A stretch of 64,000 nucleotides of DNA from an uncultured Nitrospiraceae bacterium (GTDB taxonomy: Bacteria > Nitrospirota > Nitrospiria > Nitrospirales > Nitrospiraceae). Of this stretch, positions 29,740-37,692 are shown piece after piece. The notes under the pieces were generated by a model. The model searched no databases. It was not told the DNA's origin and was given only the letters and a program-made list of their open reading frames with translations. Position 1 is the first letter of the stretch. Every line of letters begins with the position of its first letter. Location: contig CAZKRM010000001.1 of NCBI GenBank assembly GCA_964555285.1, positions 220,792-284,791 on the forward strand. Direction: 5' to 3'. Both the position numbers and the translations under genes were made by a program.

Positions 29740-32010
29740 ATGAGCGAGCCGCGCCCAATCAGGAATCACCTGCTCGATCGACTCACGCCGCTCTGCCGAG
29801 AGGTCGAAGCGGACATCCTTCGCGATTTCGTGTCGCGGATGGACCTGGATTACTTTGAGCGTTTCACGCCCGAGGAGATCGCGCAGCACATTGAGTTGGC
29901 CGACCGACTCGACCTCGACCACCCATGCCAACTCTTGGTGATGCAGCGGCCGGACCGTCGCATCGACATCGTCGTCGTCGCCTACGACTACTTCTCCGAA
30001 TTCGCAACGATCTGCGGCCTGCTCTCGGCATTTGGCCTGAACATTGAGGAAGGACAAATCTACACCTTTGCCGATGCGGTCCCCTCGGAACGCGCCGCGA
30101 CCGGACGGCCGCCGCGTGCCAGGCCGAACACGCGAGCCGGGCTCAGCCGCAAGAAAATCGTGGATGTCTTCAGCGTTCAACCCGTCGCCGGCACGACCTT
30201 CACAACGATCGACCGGCAGCGGTTGGACCGGGAACTGACCCGCATGATTCAGTTGCTCGACACGGGACAGTTCGAGGAGGCCCGCCAGCAGGTCAATCGG
30301 CATTTGATCGAACGCTTAGGGAAACAACGCGCGTCGTTCAGCGGCCTGCTTCACACCGTCCAGATCGCGTTCGACAACAGCCGGTCCCCCACCGACACGA
30401 TCATGGACATCCGCTCCGACGATACCCCCGCCTTCCTCTATGCCTTTGCCAACGCGCTGGCCATGCGCAACGTCTATATCACCAAAGCGCAGTTTGAGAA
30501 CATCGGCGCCAAACTGCACGATCGCTTCTTCGTGCGGAACCGCTACGGCCAGAAGCTGGTGGATCCCAAAGACCAGCAGCAGCTTCGACTCACCGCCGTG
30601 CTCATCAAGCAATTCACCCATGCGTTGACGTGGGCACCCGATCCTGCCAAGGCCCTTGAAGCCTTCGACCAATTCCTCGATCTGATCGTCGACGACCCAA
30701 AGGCCTCGCACGCCAAGCAGGCCCTCGACTTCATCAGCGACAAGAAGTCGTTCCCTTTGCTGGCACGCTTGCTCGGCGCAAGCGATTTTCTCTGGGAGGA
30801 TTTTCTCCGGCGCCAGCATGGCAATCTGTTACCCATGCTCCACGGCTTTCGCGATGCGCTGCTCATCAAACCGCAAGCGACGCTACGAAAAGAGTTGGAT
30901 CGCGTCGTAAGCAAAGGGAAGACCGACGAGGCCAAGAAGGCCGCGCTCAATCGGTTCAAAGACCGGGAACTCTTCCGCATTGACATGAAGCACATCCTCG
31001 ACCCTGCGACGAGTCTTGCGGACTTTTCGTTCGCGCTGACGGAGCTTGCCGAAGTCATCATGGCCCGCAGCGTCCTGGACTGCCAGGCCGCGCTGGAGCG
31101 CCAGTATGGGCCGCCACGCCTGGCCGATCGCCGGTCCTGTCCCTTCACTGTCCTGGGCCTCGGCAAATTCGGAGGGAGAGAGCTGGGCTATGCCTCGGAC
31201 ATCGAAGTACTGTTTGTCTATGGCGGCTCCGGCCGGACCGGTGGACGACACGGGATTGACAACAGTGAGTATTTCGAGCGACTGGCGCAGATGCTCCTCC
31301 AGTGGATCGAAGCCAAGCAGGAGGGCATCTTCCACCTCGACGTCCGACTACGGCCTCACGGCGGGAAGGGATCGCTGGCCAATGCGCTGGACGAAATCCG
31401 TGAGTATTACAGCCCCTCCGGGCTCAGTGCGCCGTTCGAGCGCCAGGCCCTGATCAAGTTGCGGCATGCTGCAGGAGACGAGACGCTCGGACGACACGTA
31501 GAGGAACACCGGGACGCCTATGTGTATAGCGGAGCACCGTGGGACCTGGCGACAGCGCTGGACCTCCGACGCCAACAGCTCACACAGTTGCTGGAGCGTG
31601 GAACCATCAACTTAAAGTACAGCCCTGGTGGCTTGATCGATCTCGAATATGCCGTGCAATATCTACAGTTGATGCACGGCCATGCACATCGATCGCTGCG
31701 AACCCCGAACACCCTTCAAGCGCTGGCCGCGTTGGTCGAAGCGGGAATTCTGCCCCGATCAGCCGGGGACGATCTCCGCACGGCCTATCTGTTTATCCGG
31801 ATGCTGATCGATGGATTACGGATGGTGCGAGGGCATGCGAAAGATTTGGTGCTGCCGTCAACGGACTCGGATGAATTCATCTTCCTGGCGAGGCGGGTCG
31901 GCTACAGCACCGAGGATTGGCAGACCGGCGCGCGGCATTTGCAATCGGACATCGAACACCACATGACAACGACCGCCCGGTTTTTCCACGACCGGTTCGG
32001 CGCGCTGTAA
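29740..32010 (+). CDS. glnE: ACT-ACT-GlnE fusion: two GlnD-like ACT domains followed by one GlnE-type nucleotidyltransferase module
   Basis: 756 aa. N-terminal IDIVVVAYDYFSEFATICGLLSAFGLNIEEGQIYTF and MDIRSDDTPAFLYAFANALAMRNVYITKAQF resemble the ACT domains of GlnD. C-terminal GLGKFGGRELGYASDIEVLFVY and LDVRLRPHG are GlnE motifs. Confidence 0.75.
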   Translation: MSEPRPIRNHLLDRLTPLCREVEADILRDFVSRMDLDYFERFTPEEIAQHIELADRLDLDHPCQLLVMQRPDRRIDIVVVAYDYFSEFATICGLLSAFGLNIEEGQIYTFADAVPSERAATGRPPRARPNTRAGLSRKKIVDVFSVQPVAGTTFTTIDRQRLDRELTRMIQLLDTGQFEEARQQVNRHLIERLGKQRASFSGLLHTVQIAFDNSRSPTDTIMDIRSDDTPAFLYAFANALAMRNVYITKAQFENIGAKLHDRFFVRNRYGQKLVDPKDQQQLRLTAVLIKQFTHALTWAPDPAKALEAFDQFLDLIVDDPKASHAKQALDFISDKKSFPLLARLLGASDFLWEDFLRRQHGNLLPMLHGFRDALLIKPQATLRKELDRVVSKGKTDEAKKAALNRFKDRELFRIDMKHILDPATSLADFSFALTELAEVIMARSVLDCQAALERQYGPPRLADRRSCPFTVLGLGKFGGRELGYASDIEVLFVYGGSGRTGGRHGIDNSEYFERLAQMLLQWIEAKQEGIFHLDVRLRPHGGKGSLANALDEIREYYSPSGLSAPFERQALIKLRHAAGDETLGRHVEEHRDAYVYSGAPWDLATALDLRRQQLTQLLERGTINLKYSPGGLIDLEYAVQYLQLMHGHAHRSLRTPNTLQALAALVEAGILPRSAGDDLRTAYLFIRMLIDGLRMVRGHAKDLVLPSTDSDEFIFLARRVGYSTEDWQTGARHLQSDIEHHMTTTARFFHDRFGAL

Positions 32011-32028
32011 CGACGGCGCGTGGCCCCC

Positions 32029-32481
32029 TCAGCCCTCTCCCCATCCAGTGACATCGCCATACGCCCTCAGCAAATCCGACACCGACAGCACGCCGATGAT
32101 CGTCCCGTCTTCGGTCACCGGCAGGTGACGAATGCCGTGTTGTTTCATCAATGCAATGGCGGACGTGAGCGGCTCGCTGTCCTCGATCGTCACGACTGAC
32201 TTGCTCATGCAAGCCGTCACCGTCGTCGTGTTGGGATCGAGCCCGCGCGACACGGCCTTGCGGCTCAGGTCCGTGTCGGTGATGATCCCGATGTAGCGCG
32301 AGCCATCGTCCACCAAGAGCGAGCCGACCTTCCACTTCTGAAGAAGCCGCCCCGCCTCCTTGATCGTGGCCGCTCGATGGACGCTCCGCACATCGTGGCA
32401 CATATAGTCAGCCACCTTCATGTGTTCCAACGCGCGACCGTCGAGCGCCCCGTGACGCGTCGCGAGCACATCACGCTTCAC
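32029..32481 (-). CDS. CBS domain pair protein
   Basis: 150 aa, two CBS motifs (..GSLLVDD.., ..GIRHLPVTEDG.IIGVLSVSDLL). GTG start. Confidence 0.8.
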   Translation of the reverse strand: MKRDVLATRHGALDGRALEHMKVADYMCHDVRSVHRAATIKEAGRLLQKWKVGSLLVDDGSRYIGIITDTDLSRKAVSRGLDPNTTTVTACMSKSVVTIEDSEPLTSAIALMKQHGIRHLPVTEDGTIIGVLSVSDLLRAYGDVTGWGEG

Positions 32482-32594
32482 TTGGAGTTCAGAATGAATG
32501 GCTGGAACTTTTCCAACAGCTCGCGAAACCGCTCAATGTGTCGATTCACAAACACCCCTCGCGCAAATCCGGCCTTCACTTTCTTGGACATCAT
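32478..32594 (-). CDS. candidate 38-aa basic small protein, translationally coupled to the CBS gene
   Basis: Below the track size cutoff. My translation is MMSKKVKAGFARGVFVNRHIERFRELLEKFQPFILNSK. AAGGAG lies 6 nt upstream, and the stop overlaps the CBS GTG (GTGA). Confidence 0.4.
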   Translation of the reverse strand: MMSKKVKAGFARGVFVNRHIERFRELLEKFQPFILNSK

Positions 32595-32659
32595 TCCACA
32601 CTCCTTGATCGTACGCAGAGGATAGCGCATCAGGTACAGGCGCTCAAGAGGAAGGGAGG

Positions 32660-32752
32660 TGGGGTGTCTCAGTGACCCTTTATGCTCGCAGAACGCGCAC
32701 GATAAAACTGTGCTCGTCCGATGCGCGCAGTCGAAGGGTCACTGAGACACCC
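32660..32752 (-). repeat. REP-like element, copy J (only copy in inverted orientation)
   Basis: Perfect 20-nt arms GGGGTGTCTCAGTGACCCTT / AAGGGTCACTGAGACACCCC. The core reverse-complements to CGACTGCGCGCATCGGACGAGCAC AGTTTTATC GTGCGCGTTCTGCGAGCA. Confidence 0.85.
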
Positions 32753-32858
32753 CTTGAAGACAACGCAGGAACGAGCGGAATTAGGAACACAGAAGCGGGT
32801 GGGCAACCGAGGAGAAACGAGGGACAGATTCAGACCCAGAGTGACGAAGATGCTCCGA

Positions 32859-33083
32859 TCAGTGCGGCCGATGATAGGCCACCAAGTACTCCGGTCCCAT
32901 GCGCCGCAACAACACGTGCCCCGCGCGGCTCAACCGGTCGACGGCGGCAAACATTTGAGCCCAACTCAGCCCGGATTGGGACGATAGCTCCTCAATGGTC
33001 AGGGGACCCCTCCTTTTTAACTCCGCGACAAGCTTCTCGTCCGTCAACAGCGACAGGTTGGGGAAATTGAGGGTGGCATTCAT
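32859..33083 (-). CDS. small protein P1 with WAQxxxAVDRLxRxG motif (possible winged-helix), paralog of 37492..37692
   Basis: 74 aa from ATG 33081-33083 (GGAGGT SD): MNATLNFPNLSLLTDEKLVAELKRRGPLTIEELSSQSGLSWAQMFAAVDRLSRAGHVLLRR.. The upstream part of the track ORF was discarded. Confidence 0.6.
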   Translation of the reverse strand: MNATLNFPNLSLLTDEKLVAELKRRGPLTIEELSSQSGLSWAQMFAAVDRLSRAGHVLLRRMGPEYLVAYHRPH

Positions 33084-33251
33084 GGTGACCTCCATCCGTA
33101 GCGGCGAGCGACATCGGTGCCAAATCGAGGGCAGGATCTTTCTAAAACATAGCCTAATCCAAAAAGGATAGGAGTCAAGGAATTCGAGGATAGGTGATTG
33201 TTCTCGCAGCAACGCCGCCTGCCTGTCTTCATATTTCTTCATTCTCTCCAA

Positions 33252-33350
33252 GCAGGGTGGCCTAGACTGCCCTTAGACTGCGCGCGTCCACCGAGCACCC
33301 TTCTGAGGGTGCGGGGTGCGCGAACATAAAGGGCGGCTAGGCCACCCTGC
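33252..33350 (+). repeat. REP-like element, copy G
   Basis: Arms GCAGGGTGGCCTAGACTGCCCTT / AAGGGCGGCTAGGCCACCCTGC. Core AGACTGCGCGCGTCCACCGAGCACCC TTCTGA GGGTGCGGGGTGCGCGAACA. Confidence 0.85.
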
Positions 33351-33353
33351 CCC

Positions 33354-34769
33354 TCATCCTCCGCCGCGCTTCCCCTGCATCTCCTTGTCGTAGAACTCCA
33401 ACATTTGGGCGATCTCCTCTTTCGTCAACCCCTTCTCCACCCATCGGTGGCTTTCCTGTGCAAGGAGATCCTTGGCGACTGCCGGCGAGAGCTCGCGCAC
33501 CATCGGCAGGAACTTCGTATAGAAATGCTTGGCGACTTCATAGAAGCCTTGCCAATGGACAAAGTCGGGAGCCATTTTGGAGAGCCCGTGCCTAGCACGT
33601 CGGCCTTCATGGTGCCACAGCTCGTAGAACACCCATTCGATCTCTTCGTCGAACGGCGTCGGCGTGATCTTCCCGAGTTCCCTCAGCCGATCCATCGCCA
33701 GCTTCGCCGGCTTCCCGAATTTTTCATTATAGAGCGTCACGCCGCTGTCCATTTGCGTGAAGAACCGTTCCACAATCTCTGCGCTATGGCAGGAGGAACA
33801 CACCTGCGTCATGGCCTTTCGTCGATCTTCGAAATTCTCCAGCCGCGTCGAGACCACCGGACGCAACGTCCAACTGATACGATCCCCCACGTCGTGCGTC
33901 ACCTCCTGCGTGCCGGTCGCACTCATGTGGCAGGTCGCGCAGGTGGGAAAGAGATAATCCTTGCCGGGCAGCCACTTCTCTTTTGGTTGGCCGAGCTTCA
34001 TCTTCTCTTTGTTCGCCGTGAACATCACGCCGTGTTTGCTCTCGTAATAGGCCTCGATCTGAGGATGATCCGGTCCCATATGGCAACGCCCGCAGCTCTC
34101 CGGCTGCCGGGCTTGAGCGACAGAGAAGCTGTGCCGCGCATGACAAGCCGAACACGTGCCCTTGGACCCATCCGGGTTCACCCTGCCGATTCCCGAGTTG
34201 GGCCACGTTGCCGGATGCAGCTTCCCCTTTTCCATGACCTTCACCACGCTTCCGTGACAGCCGGCACATCCGGTGGTGCCCACCTCCGGTCCTTCAACCA
34301 CATTGCCCAGGAAATTATCAAGCGAGCCGATGAATTGCGCCGCCTTCGCATGGTGGGACTTGCCGAATTCCTTGGCCTCCTTGTCGTGGCAGCGCATGCA
34401 ATCTTTCGGCGTCACCAGCGTGGAGATCAGCGTACCTTCATGGTCATAGGCATCCGCGTCGTCCTTCTCGGCGCGGTGGCACTCCACACAACCAATGCCC
34501 TTGGGCGCATGGTTGCTGACCTTCCAGTCGTTGATGCCGCCGACCGCCACATCTTTGGCCGTATGGCAATCGATGCACCGCTTGTTCTCAACGGAGATAA
34601 ACGGTCGAATCCCACCGCCACGCCGCTCTTCGACCTGGATGTACCCGACCCCCGTCAGCGCGAGGAACAACACCAGGCACAGCCCGCCGATCATGTACCG
34701 GGAAAAGTTGAGTTTCCCGTTCTGCGCGCGGCCTTCTTGTTCAGCCCGCTCTTCGCCAGGGTCTTGCAT
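33354..34769 (-). CDS. membrane-anchored octaheme cytochrome c (HAO/octaheme nitrite reductase family)
   Basis: Eight CxxCH motifs (CIDCH, CVECH, CMRCH, CAGCH, CSACH, CGRCH, CATCH, CSSCH), an N-terminal TM helix, and a C-terminal ELWHHEGRRARHG region as in the HAO family. Confidence 0.88.
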   Translation of the reverse strand: MQDPGEERAEQEGRAQNGKLNFSRYMIGGLCLVLFLALTGVGYIQVEERRGGGIRPFISVENKRCIDCHTAKDVAVGGINDWKVSNHAPKGIGCVECHRAEKDDADAYDHEGTLISTLVTPKDCMRCHDKEAKEFGKSHHAKAAQFIGSLDNFLGNVVEGPEVGTTGCAGCHGSVVKVMEKGKLHPATWPNSGIGRVNPDGSKGTCSACHARHSFSVAQARQPESCGRCHMGPDHPQIEAYYESKHGVMFTANKEKMKLGQPKEKWLPGKDYLFPTCATCHMSATGTQEVTHDVGDRISWTLRPVVSTRLENFEDRRKAMTQVCSSCHSAEIVERFFTQMDSGVTLYNEKFGKPAKLAMDRLRELGKITPTPFDEEIEWVFYELWHHEGRRARHGLSKMAPDFVHWQGFYEVAKHFYTKFLPMVRELSPAVAKDLLAQESHRWVEKGLTKEEIAQMLEFYDKEMQGKRGGG

Positions 34770-34781
34770 AGATGCCTCCTT

Positions 34782-35819
34782 CTATATCCTCGTATCCAGC
34801 ACCATCAATGCCACAACTCCAAGAACTACCAGCGTTCCGACGATTGCATTGATAAGGTCCATCGGCCATCCGCGCCGCGACAATTCACGATCCACGAATG
34901 GGTACGTCACAAACAGCCCGGCGCCGCCGAGGAGACTCCACAGCGCCACAGGGCCGGGGAGCAACGTAATCCACATGAACGGAGCCGAGAAGTACCAGGG
35001 CGGCGAGACGTCGGAGGCGACCTCCTGAAGGTTGGCCGGCGGACCCAACGTCGGGGGGAATATCATCACCAGATCCACAATCAGGACCAGCAGCCCCACC
35101 GCGATGGCGCCCATCGTCAAGGTATGCTCCGGATAGAAAGGATGGAACCCGCGGCTCCCTTTCACATCCGCAAAGCCGATCAATCGCACAACCAGCACGT
35201 GCCCCATCACAAGACCGGCGAGCAGCACAGGGAGCAGCTTGGTATGCAGGTCATAGAGCCGCAACAGCGTGCCGCCCGAGACCTCTTCGCCTCCCCGCAG
35301 CAGATACATCAGCGGAGTTCCGACGATCGGCAAGGTTCCCAAGAGGCTCGTCACGACCGTCATCCCCCAGTAGGACACGTTGTCATAGACCAGCGAGTAG
35401 CCTGTAAACCCCATGGCAAAGGTGACCAACAACACCACCGATCCGGTGACCCACTTCAGCTCGCCTGGCGTCCGATAGGCGCGCGTGATGAACACCCGGA
35501 TCACGTGGAACAGCAAAAACAGAATCATGAGGTCGACGGACGTCTTGTGCAGCCCACGAACGAACCAGCCCAAATACACCTCGTTCGTAATCTGCTCGAC
35601 GCTTTCGTACGCCTTCTCAGGCGAGGGCACGTAGTAGAACGTCAGGAGCAGGCCCGTTCCGACCAAGAGACCGAAGAGGGTCAGCGGAATCGCCCCCAGC
35701 GTGTACGGCCACCAGTCCAGGTGTTGCGGCAGATCTTTCTGAATGTAATCGATCCAGCTTTTTCCGCCAGGTTCCTGTTCGGCCTTGGCAGCCGGAGTCT
35801 GTGGTGCTCGTGATGACAT
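34782..35819 (-). CDS. cytochrome b subunit of a bc-type complex (b6 + subunit IV-like fusion)
   Basis: 345 aa polytopic protein. The pattern GWFVRGLHKTSVDLMILFLLFHVIRVF is typical of the cytochrome b N-terminal domain. Confidence 0.85.
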   Translation of the reverse strand: MSSRAPQTPAAKAEQEPGGKSWIDYIQKDLPQHLDWWPYTLGAIPLTLFGLLVGTGLLLTFYYVPSPEKAYESVEQITNEVYLGWFVRGLHKTSVDLMILFLLFHVIRVFITRAYRTPGELKWVTGSVVLLVTFAMGFTGYSLVYDNVSYWGMTVVTSLLGTLPIVGTPLMYLLRGGEEVSGGTLLRLYDLHTKLLPVLLAGLVMGHVLVVRLIGFADVKGSRGFHPFYPEHTLTMGAIAVGLLVLIVDLVMIFPPTLGPPANLQEVASDVSPPWYFSAPFMWITLLPGPVALWSLLGGAGLFVTYPFVDRELSRRGWPMDLINAIVGTLVVLGVVALMVLDTRI

Positions 35820-35840
35820 TGACCTACCCTTCGGGTGAAA

Positions 35841-35885
35841 TTCTGAGTTCTGAGTTGCCGACTCAACACTCAGAACTCAGAACTC
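35841..35885. repeat. heptad-periodic hairpin (CTGAGTT type)
   Basis: TTCTGAGTTCTGAGT pairs perfectly (15 bp) with ACTCAGAACTCAGAA. The right arm abuts the Rieske stop codon. Confidence 0.85.
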
Positions 35886-36328
35886 TACACTTGCAGGTTG
35901 ATGTACAATTGTTCCCCTCGTTTGACGATCTCGAAGCGATCCAGCGGGCGCGGTGGAGGGCCGGCTATGTTCAGACCGGTCTTGTCGTAGACACCTTGGT
36001 GACAGGGGCAGACAAACTGCTCCCGCTCTTTGTTCCAAGACACGAGACATCCGAGGTCGGTACAACGTCTGGAAAACGCCACCACACCTTCCTCGGTCTT
36101 GAGGACCAGAATTTTGTGGCCACCGAGATCCATCGGGACCGCATCGCCGGACGGAATCCGTGACTCTGCTCCGATCAGCACCGTCGAATAGTGTTTCGAC
36201 TTCTGGCTGGGAATCAGAAACTGTGCAAAGCGGAGCGCCAGGGTGCCCATCCCAAACAACACCCCAAAGCCCATCACAGCTTGACTGAGAAACCGGCGCC
36301 GCCCAACATCGTCGTGAATGATCGCCAT
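35885..36328 (-). CDS. Rieske [2Fe-2S] protein
   Basis: CTDLGC...CPCHQG cluster-binding boxes and an N-terminal RRRFL Tat-like motif. The start is 3 nt after the amt stop. Confidence 0.9.
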   Translation of the reverse strand: MAIIHDDVGRRRFLSQAVMGFGVLFGMGTLALRFAQFLIPSQKSKHYSTVLIGAESRIPSGDAVPMDLGGHKILVLKTEEGVVAFSRRCTDLGCLVSWNKEREQFVCPCHQGVYDKTGLNIAGPPPRPLDRFEIVKRGEQLYINLQV

Positions 36329-36331
36329 GAG

Positions 36332-37492
36332 TTACCCTGTGTATCCTTTCTCCCCATGCTGGGTCAGATCCAACCCCATGATCTCGGCCTCCTCATCTAC
36401 ACGCGGCGACACGATTCGGCGGAGGATTGTCAGCAGGACGATCGTCATCCCTCCGGCCAGGACCCACACCGCCAGCACGGCGACTAATTGCGCAAAGAAC
36501 TGGTAGGGATAGCCATAGAACAACCCGTCGCTCCCGTCCGGATTCACCTCGGTCGACGCGAAGAGGCCTGTCGCAATCATGCCCCACGTTCCTCCGACCC
36601 CATGCATGCCGAACACATCCAGCGAGTCGTCATAGCCTAGAATGGGCTTCACGTAGTTCACGACCATGTAGCAGAGCCCGCCGGCCCCGATTCCGATGAC
36701 CACTGCCGACAGCGGCCCCACATAGCCCGCCGCCGGCGAGATGGCCACGAGTCCAGCCACCGCCCCGCTCACCATCCCCAAGGCAGTCGGCTTGTCCCGT
36801 TGCAGCCATTCGACCGCCATCCAGGCCAACGCGGCCGCTGCCGCCGAAACCTGAATCGCCACGAAGGCGCCGGTGACGGTCGTCATCGGCGTCAGCCCGG
36901 GACCGGCCGAGAAACCACACCATCCGACCCACAGAAAGCCGGCCCCGCAGAGCGAGAGCGGCAAATGATTCGGCATCATTTCGACCCGCCCATATCCTTT
37001 GCGTGGACCGATCGCGATCGCGGCCGCCAACGCGGCCACCCCCGCGCTGATGTGGATGACCGCCCCGCCGCCGAAATCGAGGCTCCCAAGGTTTGCGAGC
37101 CACCCGCCGCCCCAGAGCCAATTCGCAATCGGGCCGTACACGAGTCCCAGCCACAGAACGCCGAAGATGAGGAAGAACGAAAACCTAATTCGTTCGACGA
37201 GGGCTCCCGCCACCAGCGCCAGCGCGAGCGCGGCAGTCATGGTGTGATACAACCATCCCTCGCTCGACAGGCCCCCTGTCACATCGCCTGCCTCACGGCC
37301 AAACGTGAACGCCTCTCCCACGAGCAGCCATTCGAGCGAGGCCAGCACGAGCGCGGCAAAGACAAGCCCCACGGTGTTCAAGACATTTTTTTTCCGCACC
37401 ATCCCGCCATAGAACAGCGCCACGCCCGGGAGCGTCAGCATCACCAACATCGTCGAGAGCAGACGCCAGAGTGTGAGGTCGTGATCGGACAT
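36332..37492 (-). CDS. amt: ammonium transporter Amt (paralog 1, no signal peptide)
   Basis: Start moved to ATG 37490-37492 (MSDHDLTLWRLL..). Shows FYGGMVRKKN, DFGGGAVIHISAG and the GMHGVGGTWG motif. Confidence 0.92.
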   Translation of the reverse strand: MSDHDLTLWRLLSTMLVMLTLPGVALFYGGMVRKKNVLNTVGLVFAALVLASLEWLLVGEAFTFGREAGDVTGGLSSEGWLYHTMTAALALALVAGALVERIRFSFFLIFGVLWLGLVYGPIANWLWGGGWLANLGSLDFGGGAVIHISAGVAALAAAIAIGPRKGYGRVEMMPNHLPLSLCGAGFLWVGWCGFSAGPGLTPMTTVTGAFVAIQVSAAAAALAWMAVEWLQRDKPTALGMVSGAVAGLVAISPAAGYVGPLSAVVIGIGAGGLCYMVVNYVKPILGYDDSLDVFGMHGVGGTWGMIATGLFASTEVNPDGSDGLFYGYPYQFFAQLVAVLAVWVLAGGMTIVLLTILRRIVSPRVDEEAEIMGLDLTQHGEKGYTG

Positions 37493-37692
37493 CAGGCGAT
37501 TCCTCGGTTGCGCGAGACCGCATACGTGCGATCCGTCGAATGACTCGCGACCACTCCCGACCGACCCAATCGGTCCACGGCGAGATACGCTTGCGCCCAC
37601 CTCATGCCGGACCGTACGGCACGCTCATCGATCATCGGCAGCTCCGCTTCCTTCCACAATTCCCACGACAGGACTTCCGCGTCGCGTGTCAT
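37492..37692 (-). CDS. small protein P2 with WAQxxxAVDRLxRxG motif, wedged between two amt genes
   Basis: 66 aa MTRDAEVLSWELWKEAELPMIDERAVRSGMRWAQAYLAVDRLGRSGVVAS.. The ATG overlaps the upstream amt stop (ATGA), and the stop shares 1 nt with the downstream amt ATG (TGATG). About 36% identity to P1 over 44 aligned residues (my manual alignment). Confidence 0.55.
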   Translation of the reverse strand: MTRDAEVLSWELWKEAELPMIDERAVRSGMRWAQAYLAVDRLGRSGVVASHSTDRTYAVSRNRGIA

